Shown here piece after piece: positions 36,480-45,486 of a DNA stretch of 64,000 bases. A program made the translations under genes and the position numbers. The notes beneath the pieces were generated by a model, which made no database searches, was not told the origin of the DNA, and was given only the letters and a program-made list of their open reading frames with translations. The stretch is taken from sequence record NC_041878.1; one strand, given 5' to 3'. How positions within the stretch are numbered: the first letter of the stretch is position 1; each line of letters begins with the position of its first letter.

Positions 36480-37151
36480 TTATTTTATCTCTGTTATTTT
36501 TAATTTAGCAAGTGAACCACCAAAATAATATGGTTGCCCACCAACTTCAGCACTAACATATGATCCACCAATAGATAGCTTATATCCAATTCCGTATGGA
36601 TATAGAGGAAATGTTTGTGTATTATTGTAATAAGAACTTTTCACCGTAATACCAGAATTCTTTATATATGTGAATGTCATAGTTTCCCACGACATATGGT
36701 TAGTTCCATTCATTAAAACTCTATTATATGTTTCCCCGCTATCTAAAAAGTACTGGAAATATGTTGATGGAAATTGGTTTAATGCACATGTGATTCCTGG
36801 AATTCTTTGTGAGCTATAATTACCAGTTTCCCATAAACCTTCCATCACTGAAGTTCTGTTAGTTTTAAACTGTATTACTACCTCAAAACTTCTATTAGTA
36901 AGATCTAGTTTTGAACCACTTATAATTGGTGGTGTTACATAATATCCTGCACCACTAAATTTAAAAACGTTTTGTCCTAATTGTGGATCGTATTGGACAG
37001 AGCCAGCAGTTCCAATTGTACTAAATTGTGCTCCTGCATTATCTCTGATAAAATTGTCACCAATTGTTTGTGTACTGAAATCAATATCTAACAGTACTGT
37101 ATTTGGAGGTAAAATATTTGCATATTCTACCAATCTTGGAAATGGTAACAT
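36480..37151 (-). CDS. MLPF-family protein, concanavalin-like domain
   Basis: MLPFPRLVEYAN; paralog of 39651..40322. Confidence 0.8.
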   Translation of the reverse strand: MLPFPRLVEYANILPPNTVLLDIDFSTQTIGDNFIRDNAGAQFSTIGTAGSVQYDPQLGQNVFKFSGAGYYVTPPIISGSKLDLTNRSFEVVIQFKTNRTSVMEGLWETGNYSSQRIPGITCALNQFPSTYFQYFLDSGETYNRVLMNGTNHMSWETMTFTYIKNSGITVKSSYYNNTQTFPLYPYGIGYKLSIGGSYVSAEVGGQPYYFGGSLAKLKITEIK

Positions 37152-37159
37152 AATATCCT

Positions 37160-38017
37160 CTATTGAAATCTATATTGTGAATTTATTGGTGAAGTTGAAT
37201 ATCCATACATACTATATACTTTAACGCCATCTAATGATGTATATAATGCTCCGCGAGATATACCAACTGAAGTGTTAAAACCGACTTGCGACCAAGTATT
37301 AGTACTAATACTATATTTGTACAATCTTTCAGCATTAACACAGTAGATGGCATCATTATATTCATTATAAGTCATTCTACCTTGCATTGATGCCATAGAA
37401 CTCCATGTTCCAGTAGAAATTAAAAATTTCTGACCACTAGAACCTTGACAGTACAAATAATTTCCATCAGTTGTCATATCACCAGCCAACGAATTAGTAA
37501 TACTAGAACTTGTTAGTGTAGTCCATGCATTAGATGCAATGTCATATGAAAATAATTGTGAACCGCCGTCACTACCCCATAGATATAGCTTTCCATTATT
37601 TGTACTTACAAACCTACAATGGTGTCTAGCTGATGGCTTATTAGTACTCGTTGTATTTTCAGACCAAGTATTAGATGATATATCGTATATAAAAAATCTG
37701 TTTTGCATGGAACCAGTATATCCACCAAACATATATATTTTTCCATTATATCCAGCTAAACCTGAACCATGCATTGCTAATGTTCCATTAGCTAATGGTT
37801 CCCATGTTTCAGTACGAGTGTCAAATCTCCAAAATTCATTATTATAATCACTGCCAACTACTGCACCACCATACATATAACCATAGTTATCTAAACTAGT
37901 ATATCCAAAAGAAAATCGTGCACTAGGGGAAATAGTAGGTGAAATTTGGATTCTTGTTCCGGTATTATTTTCTTTTCTGATATTTCCATATTCTATCAAT
38001 CTTGGGAATGGTAACAT
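37160..38017 (-). CDS. MLPF-family protein, Kelch beta-propeller
   Basis: Repeated IYMFGG...YD...NTW Kelch motifs. Confidence 0.85.
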   Translation of the reverse strand: MLPFPRLIEYGNIRKENNTGTRIQISPTISPSARFSFGYTSLDNYGYMYGGAVVGSDYNNEFWRFDTRTETWEPLANGTLAMHGSGLAGYNGKIYMFGGYTGSMQNRFFIYDISSNTWSENTTSTNKPSARHHCRFVSTNNGKLYLWGSDGGSQLFSYDIASNAWTTLTSSSITNSLAGDMTTDGNYLYCQGSSGQKFLISTGTWSSMASMQGRMTYNEYNDAIYCVNAERLYKYSISTNTWSQVGFNTSVGISRGALYTSLDGVKVYSMYGYSTSPINSQYRFQ

Positions 38018-38721
38018 TATACTTCTCCGCTTAATTCATGTGTATATATTTTTGCAATTGTCGCATTATCTAATAGATAATCATACATCCTGTGTCCAGC
38101 AATTCCCCCAGCTAACGGTGTAGCGGTTGGGTTACTTGGATAGTACCCTAAACCAACACTACGTGCTGTTGTTGTACCAGTACCGTAACCAGTAAATGTA
38201 GGACTTACTGACTGAGTTTTTATCAATACTCCATCAGCATAAAAACGTAAAGTATTAGTACTCCTATCATAAGAATATACAGCATGTACCCATGTATTAA
38301 CAGGCATTGAGTACTGACCAAAATAAGAATTAGTAGTACTCGCAGTATTCACACAATAAAAATTCCGTACTAACGATGGAGAACCACCAGTATTGTAACT
38401 GAACCCAATATTACCAGATGCATTTATGTATGCCTTTGCAGCAGTACTAGTAGTGTATACCCAATTCATTGCAGTCCATGATGAATTTGCATAAACTATT
38501 TCATCATAGTATAATCTCTGTGCTCCATTACATACAAGAGCTTGTTTACCACCAACTGTACCTATTGTACCAGATGTATAAGTGAAGTTCGCTTGTGTAA
38601 ATTTAGGATTTGTGGTATCACCATGATTAGCAATATCAGCACGTAAGGGTAAGTACACCAATGGTGCTGGAAGAATATTTGCAGCATTTCCATATTCTAA
38701 CATTCTTGAAAAAGGTAACAT
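38017..38721 (-). CDS. MLPF-family protein, LamG domain
   Basis: SWTAMNWV, NTWVHAVYSYD, FYADG, RMYDYLL. Confidence 0.85.
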   Translation of the reverse strand: MLPFSRMLEYGNAANILPAPLVYLPLRADIANHGDTTNPKFTQANFTYTSGTIGTVGGKQALVCNGAQRLYYDEIVYANSSWTAMNWVYTTSTAAKAYINASGNIGFSYNTGGSPSLVRNFYCVNTASTTNSYFGQYSMPVNTWVHAVYSYDRSTNTLRFYADGVLIKTQSVSPTFTGYGTGTTTARSVGLGYYPSNPTATPLAGGIAGHRMYDYLLDNATIAKIYTHELSGEV

Positions 38722-38730
38722 AATATCTCC

Positions 38731-39573
38731 CTATTTGATTTTGTAAAATTTAGTTCCGTTTACTGTCCAACCTGTATCATATGAACATGCTATAGCAACT
38801 TCATTTCCACCAGCAGGAGCAGTATTGTTAATTTTTGTCCATACATTAGTGTTTATACTGTACTGCCATAAACCCGCCGTTGGCCCAACTGCATAAATGT
38901 AATTACCCATTCTACTTATTTTATTACGTGTTCCAATTCCTGCACATGATGCAAGGGTTTGCCATGTATTACTTTCTATATGATAACGTGCAAATGAAGT
39001 ACTGTACATCATATACAAATAACCAGAACTATAAATTAAACCTACCTCATCACCATTACTGCTACCAAAAGGTAAAGTTGCTAAACCTGTGGTACTCCAT
39101 GTATTTTGTAACACACTATATCTCCACATAGCTGAACCTTTAACTGCATAAACATAATCACTATTATCATAGTTCATCGCAATACTTAAATCATACGTGC
39201 TTTGTGGTAGTACTGCCATCTGACTCCAAGTATTCAAGATTGTATCATATCTGTCAAATCTGTTCGTACTACTATATCCACCAGCACAATAGATATATCT
39301 GCTATCAGCACATATTCCAATGTTTCTAACATTTATTGGTCTTGTTGTAAGTAAGGTGACTGCACCTGAAACTGGATTCAGTTTATATATTTGGCTTGTC
39401 TGGTTAATGAAATATATATTGTCTCTGTATGTACAAGATCTTGACCCATATGTTCCAAAGGTTGAAACGGTGGTATATTCTTGTACTGTTCCTGATAATT
39501 TATTTGGGTTTGAATCATCATAATTAAACACTACTGTATTTCCGTACTCATTGATTATAGAAAAAGGTAACAT
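38731..39573 (-). CDS. MLPF-family protein, Kelch beta-propeller
   Basis: YIYCAGG..RYD..LNTWS repeats. Confidence 0.85.
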   Translation of the reverse strand: MLPFSIINEYGNTVVFNYDDSNPNKLSGTVQEYTTVSTFGTYGSRSCTYRDNIYFINQTSQIYKLNPVSGAVTLLTTRPINVRNIGICADSRYIYCAGGYSSTNRFDRYDTILNTWSQMAVLPQSTYDLSIAMNYDNSDYVYAVKGSAMWRYSVLQNTWSTTGLATLPFGSSNGDEVGLIYSSGYLYMMYSTSFARYHIESNTWQTLASCAGIGTRNKISRMGNYIYAVGPTAGLWQYSINTNVWTKINNTAPAGGNEVAIACSYDTGWTVNGTKFYKIK

Positions 39574-39650
39574 TTCAATCCCTCAAATTTATTAATATTA
39601 TGTATTTACTTACAAAAACAGAAAAAGCCCAACCTAAGTTGAGCTTATAA

Positions 39651-40322
39651 TTAACTTATAATCTTTAATTTTAAATACTTCATGTACCCATAAAAATTAG
39701 TTGCCGTAGGAGTTTTGAAATAACCACCTACACCAAAAGACTGTCCATTAGAACATTCAAATGCAGTATACGTGGACTGATTGGCAATAACACCATTTAC
39801 ATATCTGGTAATAGTTACATTTGAATCAACTTTTCTGTACACAACTCTTTGCCAATCACTTACTAACTGACCATCAACAAAATGTCGAACAAATGTACTA
39901 GCGTTCTGTAGAAAGTACTGATCATTTCCTGCGTACTGTAATATCTGATGAGCAAATCCAGGTATGTTATTCGTTACATCTGGATAATATCCTGTACCAT
40001 AAAGTAATTGAATTGCGTTAACCGCAGAGTTTCTTTTGTACATAACATCGAACTCATAATTCTTCCCGTTCAATGAGATAGATGCATCTAGCGGGGTACT
40101 GAAAACTGCACCATTGAAATACATAACATTTGCATTCAACATATTATCCAGTACGATTTTACCCTCCAAAGAATTTAACTTAGTGAAAAGTCTATTCTTA
40201 TAACTATAATCAATTATATTAGTATCACCCAATGCTTGTCGAGAAAAATCTAAATTTATTTCATACTCATTGGAAACTACTTTTTTATTACCGTACTGTA
40301 ATAATCTTGGAAATGGTAACAT
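39651..40322 (-). CDS. MLPF-family protein, concanavalin-like domain
   Basis: MLPFPRLLQYGN; FYGYMKYLKL end. Confidence 0.8.
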   Translation of the reverse strand: MLPFPRLLQYGNKKVVSNEYEINLDFSRQALGDTNIIDYSYKNRLFTKLNSLEGKIVLDNMLNANVMYFNGAVFSTPLDASISLNGKNYEFDVMYKRNSAVNAIQLLYGTGYYPDVTNNIPGFAHQILQYAGNDQYFLQNASTFVRHFVDGQLVSDWQRVVYRKVDSNVTITRYVNGVIANQSTYTAFECSNGQSFGVGGYFKTPTATNFYGYMKYLKLKIIS

Positions 40323-41085
40323 ATAAATTCCCCTCTATATCTTTTAATATCCTGTATTTACCATTGTTATAACTATATAAATATCTACTATCCGCACATA
40401 ACATAGAATTGTTTAATTCAGATGTTCCTAATGATGCAGTACTCCATGTGTCACTTAACATATCATATATGTACAGATTACTATTACCTATACCATATAA
40501 CTTGTAATTGTTATACGCCGTGCCAGTACTATAACTCAACTTCAACGGAGGAAATGTAAGTTCTTCCCAGGTCCACGTACTTATATCTATCCGATACATA
40601 CCATTGTATAAATCAGCAGCCCATATGTAAAAGTAATTAGTCTCACCAATATTAACAAAATATATCATCGCTTGTGATAATTTTCCTGGAGAATTCGTAG
40701 TAACAATAACATCCCATGTGTCAGATTCAATACTATATCTATACAACTTATCACTTACCTGTGTGCCATTACTATCCTTTACACCACCGTACAAGTATAT
40801 GTGAGAATTATAATACGTACTCGTTGTACCATATAAAACTTCAGGCATAGATGATAATTGATGCATGGTATTATCTATAGTACTGTACCTGTACAAATTA
40901 TTAGTTACCTGTGTACCATTCCATCCACCACATATGTATATGTCTGACTGTACTGAACATACCATATGACCATATAATTGTGTGCCACCTAGTGTAATTC
41001 CTTGCGGTTCTACAACTTCCATATCTCCATCAATAATACCAGGTGCTGAATTTCCATAAGCACTTACTATACTAAACGGTAACAT
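40288..41085 (-). CDS. MLPF-family protein, Kelch beta-propeller (possibly truncated)
   Basis: IYICGG/IYLYGG repeats; reads 35 nt into the next gene. Confidence 0.8.
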   Translation of the reverse strand: MLPFSIVSAYGNSAPGIIDGDMEVVEPQGITLGGTQLYGHMVCSVQSDIYICGGWNGTQVTNNLYRYSTIDNTMHQLSSMPEVLYGTTSTYYNSHIYLYGGVKDSNGTQVSDKLYRYSIESDTWDVIVTTNSPGKLSQAMIYFVNIGETNYFYIWAADLYNGMYRIDISTWTWEELTFPPLKLSYSTGTAYNNYKLYGIGNSNLYIYDMLSDTWSTASLGTSELNNSMLCADSRYLYSYNNGKYRILKDIEGNLYVTISKIITVR

Positions 41086-41095
41086 TTTAAATCTC

Positions 41096-41184
41096 CTATT
41101 GATTATTTGTTAATGTATTAGGGAATGAACGATCATCTCCATAAATTATTCTTACAGCACCACCAATTGCGGAAAAGGTAACAT
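41096..41184 (-). pseudogene. deletion remnant of an MLPF-family gene
   Basis: AAGGAG RBS, MLPFPQLVVL* (41184-41152); shifted frame gives GAVRIIYGDDRSFPNTLTNNQ*. Confidence 0.7.
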
Positions 41185-41871
41185 ACTTTTATCTCCTTCT
41201 TATTTTTTTATACGTCTCTATTATACTATGATAGAAACTAATATAGGTATTTACCCACTTTATCATTCCTAGACACTCCTTAGAACACATGCTATAATCC
41301 CCCTAGAAGCTCGTAGAACGCTCTACAACGCACGTGTTTGATTCCTGTAGTATCGCTATTGCGATATCGAAAGGATTCAAACTAGCTAAAATAGCGTTCA
41401 CGATATTCTATGTATTAATATACAGTACTGTAATAATACACAATATGGATAAGTTATCAGTACTATATGTTTGTACAGGAAAAGATAGGTTCTATCTTAT
41501 AGTACTATAGAAGTACAGTTCAGTACTGTTGACCCCTTCCGCTATATCCGTTCCTGAAGTCGAATGCGAATAGCACAAAAAGTACAGCAACCTTTTTTCA
41601 AAAATGATAACATGAGGTTGGGAAAAATCTGGAGTGATCGTGAAATCAAATACGAATCAAGGAAATTTTGGAGTACCCTTCAGACTTTTTCTGAGATCTC
41701 GAAAGTACACCAAAGTAAAGACGCATCGTAGAAATTACGTTCAATACTATAATACAAATACAAAGTACTGAAAATTTATACAGTACTGTTATTATGCACA
41801 GTGCAATATAAATTTTAAAATCAGATGAAAAAAGTACTTGACGAGGGATGATGGAATTGATACTATAGCTA

Positions 41872-42010
41872 CAAGTTAAGGAGACAGGCAACGGTCAAGC
41901 CTCTCAGCCACGTAGCCTGGAACCTTAACAGTACTGCAATGATGGTTGCCCCCTGATTTGCAGTCCTCTTACCAGAGGTGTTCTCTTCATTGCTTAGGAA
42001 ACATTAAGTA
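41872..42010 (+). ncRNA. candidate structured small RNA
   Basis: Promoter TTGACG 41838-N17-TACTAT; stems GTTAAGG/CCTTAAC, ACTGCAA/TTGCAGT, CCTCT/AGAGG; no ORF. Confidence 0.5.
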
Positions 42011-42209
42011 CTAAGCGTGTTAAAAATTTGAAGTACTTTATAGTACTATGCAGTGTACATTCTACTAAGTCATCCTGCCAATAACTTTTGAATGTATAGT
42101 GCTAGTACTATATCTTTTTAAGTGAGAATATTAGTACTGTATAAGTACTGATGAATTACCAAAGTACAGATACAATGAGGGTATATGTTGTCTGAATTTT
42201 GGGTGTACT

Positions 42210-42350
42210 ATCCCTATCTGCTATCTTCAGATGGATAGACTTCTGGCGGTGTAGATGGCTGGATGTTTAAACGTCTAGACTGCTATCCTTCTGGATGGCT
42301 AAAAGGCTAGATGGCTATCCGTATAGATGGATAGACGTTTAGACGGCTAA
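42210..42350. repeat. cluster of short direct repeats (AGATGGATAGAC x2; TAGATGGCT-like x4; GCTATC x3)
   Basis: Exact 12-mer at 42229 and 42325; GC-richer patch in non-coding DNA. Confidence 0.7.
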
Positions 42351-42495
42351 ATGATTTTTTCTGTCAAAATTCCATTAGCTCCCCTTCCGCGACTGGATAG
42401 AACCAGGCAGAATCGAAAGTCGTCTTTTCGTGTTGACAGGGATATAATACCACACTGAAAAACAATTGCAAGGGATTTTTTGCAGAAAAATAAAT

Positions 42496-42676
42496 TTGAC
42501 AAGTGAACCAGGATTATAGTACTATATAAGCAAGCCAGAGAAATGGCCTAGCCCACAGGGTGCGGAGATCCGTCTATTGCTTTTTATTTGAATTTTGGAC
42601 ACAATTCCGCACCCTGTGGGTCAAGGAGTTTCGCCTCCATGTAAAGTATTATGCCAGTACTGCGAACATAATGCAA
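42496..42676. repeat. convergent pair 1 of promoter-hairpin-CCCACAGGGTGCGGA element
   Basis: Plus core 42551-42567, minus core 42606-42621, each behind its own sigma70 promoter. Confidence 0.85.
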
Positions 42677-42703
42677 GGACTTTTTACGATTTTCTTTAAA
42701 AAA

Positions 42704-42846
42704 GTTTCCCCTTCTATATACGTATAAAGGAAGCGTTTAGAGCGTGTCAGATCCTGGGGCTTACAGTTTTGTACTTTATACTTTATAAAGCCGTGTAAAG
42801 CGTCCTATGCGTTCCTTGTACGTGTATACGTATATAGAGAAGGAAA
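42704..42846. repeat. long imperfect inverted repeat
   Basis: CTATATACGTATA 42714-42726 / TATACGTATATAG 42825-42837; AAGGAA/TTCCTT. Confidence 0.7.
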
Positions 42847-42936
42847 AGCCTGTTAGAAAGAATCTTATAAAAACTTATATAAAGTACTTGCAAAGGTTTT
42901 TTGGTGTGATAGTATTAATCCCGTCGAACAGGACAA

Positions 42937-42949
42937 CGCTCTTTAAAAA
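42937..42949 (+). promoter_or_regulatory. boxA-like antitermination element
   Basis: CGCTCTTTAAAAA about 16 nt after a predicted start site. Confidence 0.55.
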
Positions 42950-43052
42950 CTTGCTGGTGAATACTTAAACATGCCTCCAGGTACTTTGAAAAAAGAATCT
43001 GAGAGAATGAAAAAGTACTTGACAGCAAGAATAGAAAGTGTAGAATGTTCAA

Positions 43053-43225
43053 TATCGAAAGGCGGTAAGGTTCGCCGGATGGTAGGAAGCGGTAGCAGGG
43101 CGATAAAGTACTGCTACAGTGATAAGCCGGAAGTGCTATCACAGCGTTATAAAGGTTAACATAACTGTTAACGTCCTATCTACTGCCTTTTGATTCTTTC
43201 AGTACGGTAAAAGGTACGAAAGAAT
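43053..43225 (+). ncRNA. candidate multi-junction small RNA
   Basis: 13-bp closing helix 43055-43067/43181-43193 enclosing an inner helix and three hairpins; promoter TTGACA 43019/TAGAAT 43041. Confidence 0.6.
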
Positions 43226-43343
43226 AAAGATTCAGAAAGTTATCAAAAAGTACTTGACGGACTGAATCGCACGATGTAAGATGTTAAGTAAGCCGAGTGG
43301 CTAACCCAAAATTCAAAATTTAACTTTTAAGAAGGTATATATC

Positions 43344-44021
43344 ATGACTACTACTAACAACGCTAAAGCTACCAAAGTTACCCTGAACTCTATCGTTTTC
43401 GCTCCGGCTCCGGTACTGCGTGAACTGAAAGAAGGTGAAAACTACACCAAAACCGAACTGAAAGCCCACGAAAAAGAAATGGGCGAATATCTCCGCACCA
43501 CGTCGCACGATTTGGCGATGTACCTGGTAAACAAAACCGACAATACTGATACCATTGTCAAACTGTTTGCCGCTACCGCCGAAGCGATCCCTACAGTACT
43601 GGCCGAAGTACTGAAACAGCGTGAAGAAGAAGAAGCCGCTAAACAGGCTGAACGCGAAAAAGCGGAAGAAGAAAAACGTCGCCTCGCTGAACAGGAAGAA
43701 AAAGAACTGCAAGCGAAGAAAGATGAAATGCTTAAACACATGACCGATGTTCTGGGGCTGGATCTGGATGTTGCGAAAGCTGCGGTTGAAACGGTGGCGA
43801 AAAAGCTGAACGTTGGCAACCATACTAAAAACTCTTATGAGCGTGTAACCTGCACCATTGAAGGCAATCAGTACGATGTTCCGGTGCGTGGTAATATGTC
43901 TCAGGCACTGAAAGATCTGGCGGCGAAATATGGTTTCGCTGATGACCGCGATGGATTCATCGAAAAATTCCGCGATGAACCTGCAACTGCTGATGCTGAC
44001 AAAGATACCGCCGAAGCGTAA
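43344..44021 (+). CDS. putative H-NS/MvaT-like nucleoid-associated protein, highly expressed
   Basis: EVLKQREEEEAAKQAE..EMLKHMTDVLGLD resembles the H-NS oligomerisation linker; VRGNMSQALKDL resembles the AT-hook-like loop; optimal codons. Confidence 0.6.
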   Translation: MTTTNNAKATKVTLNSIVFAPAPVLRELKEGENYTKTELKAHEKEMGEYLRTTSHDLAMYLVNKTDNTDTIVKLFAATAEAIPTVLAEVLKQREEEEAAKQAEREKAEEEKRRLAEQEEKELQAKKDEMLKHMTDVLGLDLDVAKAAVETVAKKLNVGNHTKNSYERVTCTIEGNQYDVPVRGNMSQALKDLAAKYGFADDRDGFIEKFRDEPATADADKDTAEA

Positions 44022-44038
44022 TATCAAAAGTAATGCGG

Positions 44039-44060
44039 CAAGGGGGCTAGAAAGCCCCCT
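44039..44060 (+). terminator. GC-rich hairpin, probable terminator
   Basis: AGGGGGCT-agaa-AGCCCCCT; weak U tract. Confidence 0.6.
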
Positions 44061-44170
44061 GAGCCTTTCTAACAGTACTGTAATACCTTTCCTCAAAGTA
44101 CTATTAGAAACGCTTAGAATCAATCCTACAGCGTTTTAAGATGTATACTTATTAAGTGAGAATAAACGCT

Positions 44171-44440
44171 ATGGAACTAAAACCACTTTCTGAACTCCGC
44201 GATAAAAAAACCATTGTCGCCAGGACAATGATCCACACTTCCCCACGTCAAAAGGTTTTATCTGGCTATCTGGTTTTTGTGCTGGATGGTAAACTAATAC
44301 AACGTCGGATCTATGATATGGCCTATAATAGTACTTTTATGAGTGCTATGTATATAGTTTACAAAGGCGTTAACTATGCCGTAGATCTTGCATGTAAGAC
44401 GATTAGCGGGGCTTTCAGCGTCGAAACGTTGAAAGTATAA
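44171..44440 (+). CDS. early hypothetical protein
   Basis: TTAAGTGAGA leader; followed by hairpin terminator 44452-44482. Confidence 0.7.
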   Translation: MELKPLSELRDKKTIVARTMIHTSPRQKVLSGYLVFVLDGKLIQRRIYDMAYNSTFMSAMYIVYKGVNYAVDLACKTISGAFSVETLKV

Positions 44441-44575
44441 GCCTACAATCAAAAGCCCTTAGAAACGTTTCTAGGGGCTTTATATTTGATTTTAAAAAGT
44501 ACTAAGAAAGTACTTGCAATTTATTTTTGAATCTGTAGAATACTCGTTATTGAAACACGTAACGAGATTTAAGAA

Positions 44576-44860
44576 ATGCAAGTAACACTGAACGGATTTA
44601 CTTTTACAAAGAATGTTGATGGTACTGATAACATTCAGTCAGTACTTAAAAACAAAGATAATAAAGCATTAGGCGGGATTGTCAAAGATGCTAAGAAGAT
44701 GGCAAACTTACAACGCCTGAAACGTTCGCCTGATGTTCTGGTATTCCTGGCTAAAGTACAGGAAGAAACTGAAAAAGTTTACTTTGAACAAAAGAAACCA
44801 AAACCTTACAATAAGTACAAAAGGAAATTTAATCCTTGCATTCATTCTATAAATGTGTAG
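44576..44860 (+). CDS. early basic hypothetical protein
   Basis: Own promoter TTGCAA..TAGAAT. Confidence 0.75.
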   Translation: MQVTLNGFTFTKNVDGTDNIQSVLKNKDNKALGGIVKDAKKMANLQRLKRSPDVLVFLAKVQEETEKVYFEQKKPKPYNKYKRKFNPCIHSINV

Positions 44861-44895
44861 AATGTCTTATATCGAAACGCGACGGAGTAAACAAG

Positions 44896-45285
44896 ATGGA
44901 AAGTAAAGCGAAGTTAGAACAATACAGATTAGTACTTGATGTACTGATTCAAATGAAAGATTGTATTGACAAAGATGATACTTATACTACAGTACTGAAT
45001 AAGTCATTCAATCTTTCTCGCTCCCTGGGTATCTGCTGGCATGTATATGTTCACACTCCACCAGCGGAGATCACTGGTATCGGATCGGACTATCTTGAAC
45101 CTGCATTCATTGCGTTAGGGCTTGATCGTGAATATCCGGTTGAATGCCAGGTTGATACTGATTCGCCGCGAATCCTGCACTTTACACAACGTAACCTTTA
45201 CGATCCTGATAACGAGTGCGGAAAGTTGCGGATCAAGTTGGTTAATGATTTGATTCAGTACTTTGAACAAAAGTTATCGCAGTAA
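44896..45285 (+). CDS. early hypothetical protein
   Basis: GGAG RBS, own promoter. Confidence 0.8.
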   Translation: MESKAKLEQYRLVLDVLIQMKDCIDKDDTYTTVLNKSFNLSRSLGICWHVYVHTPPAEITGIGSDYLEPAFIALGLDREYPVECQVDTDSPRILHFTQRNLYDPDNECGKLRIKLVNDLIQYFEQKLSQ

Positions 45286-45305
45286 AAATCTTTACAAAAA
45301 AGAGG

Positions 45306-45486
45306 TTGACTTCGGTTGGCCTCTTATAGTACTATATTAATAAGCCAGAACAAAGGCGTGACCCACAGGGTGCGGAGATCCGTTCAGTGAAAAGATAATG
45401 AATTTTAGATATAACTCCGCACCCTGTGGGTTAAGGAATTTCGCTTCCATGAATAATAATATACCACTGCTGGAAAGTACTGTCAA
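45306..45486. repeat. convergent pair 2 of promoter-hairpin-CCCACAGGGTGCGGAG element
   Basis: Plus core 45361-45377, minus core 45415-45431. Confidence 0.85.

Noticed and set aside
43320-44123. Long antisense ORF (267 aa) and 43442..43819
   Set aside because: Shadow frames of the codon-optimised gene 43344..44021; no RBS or promoter.
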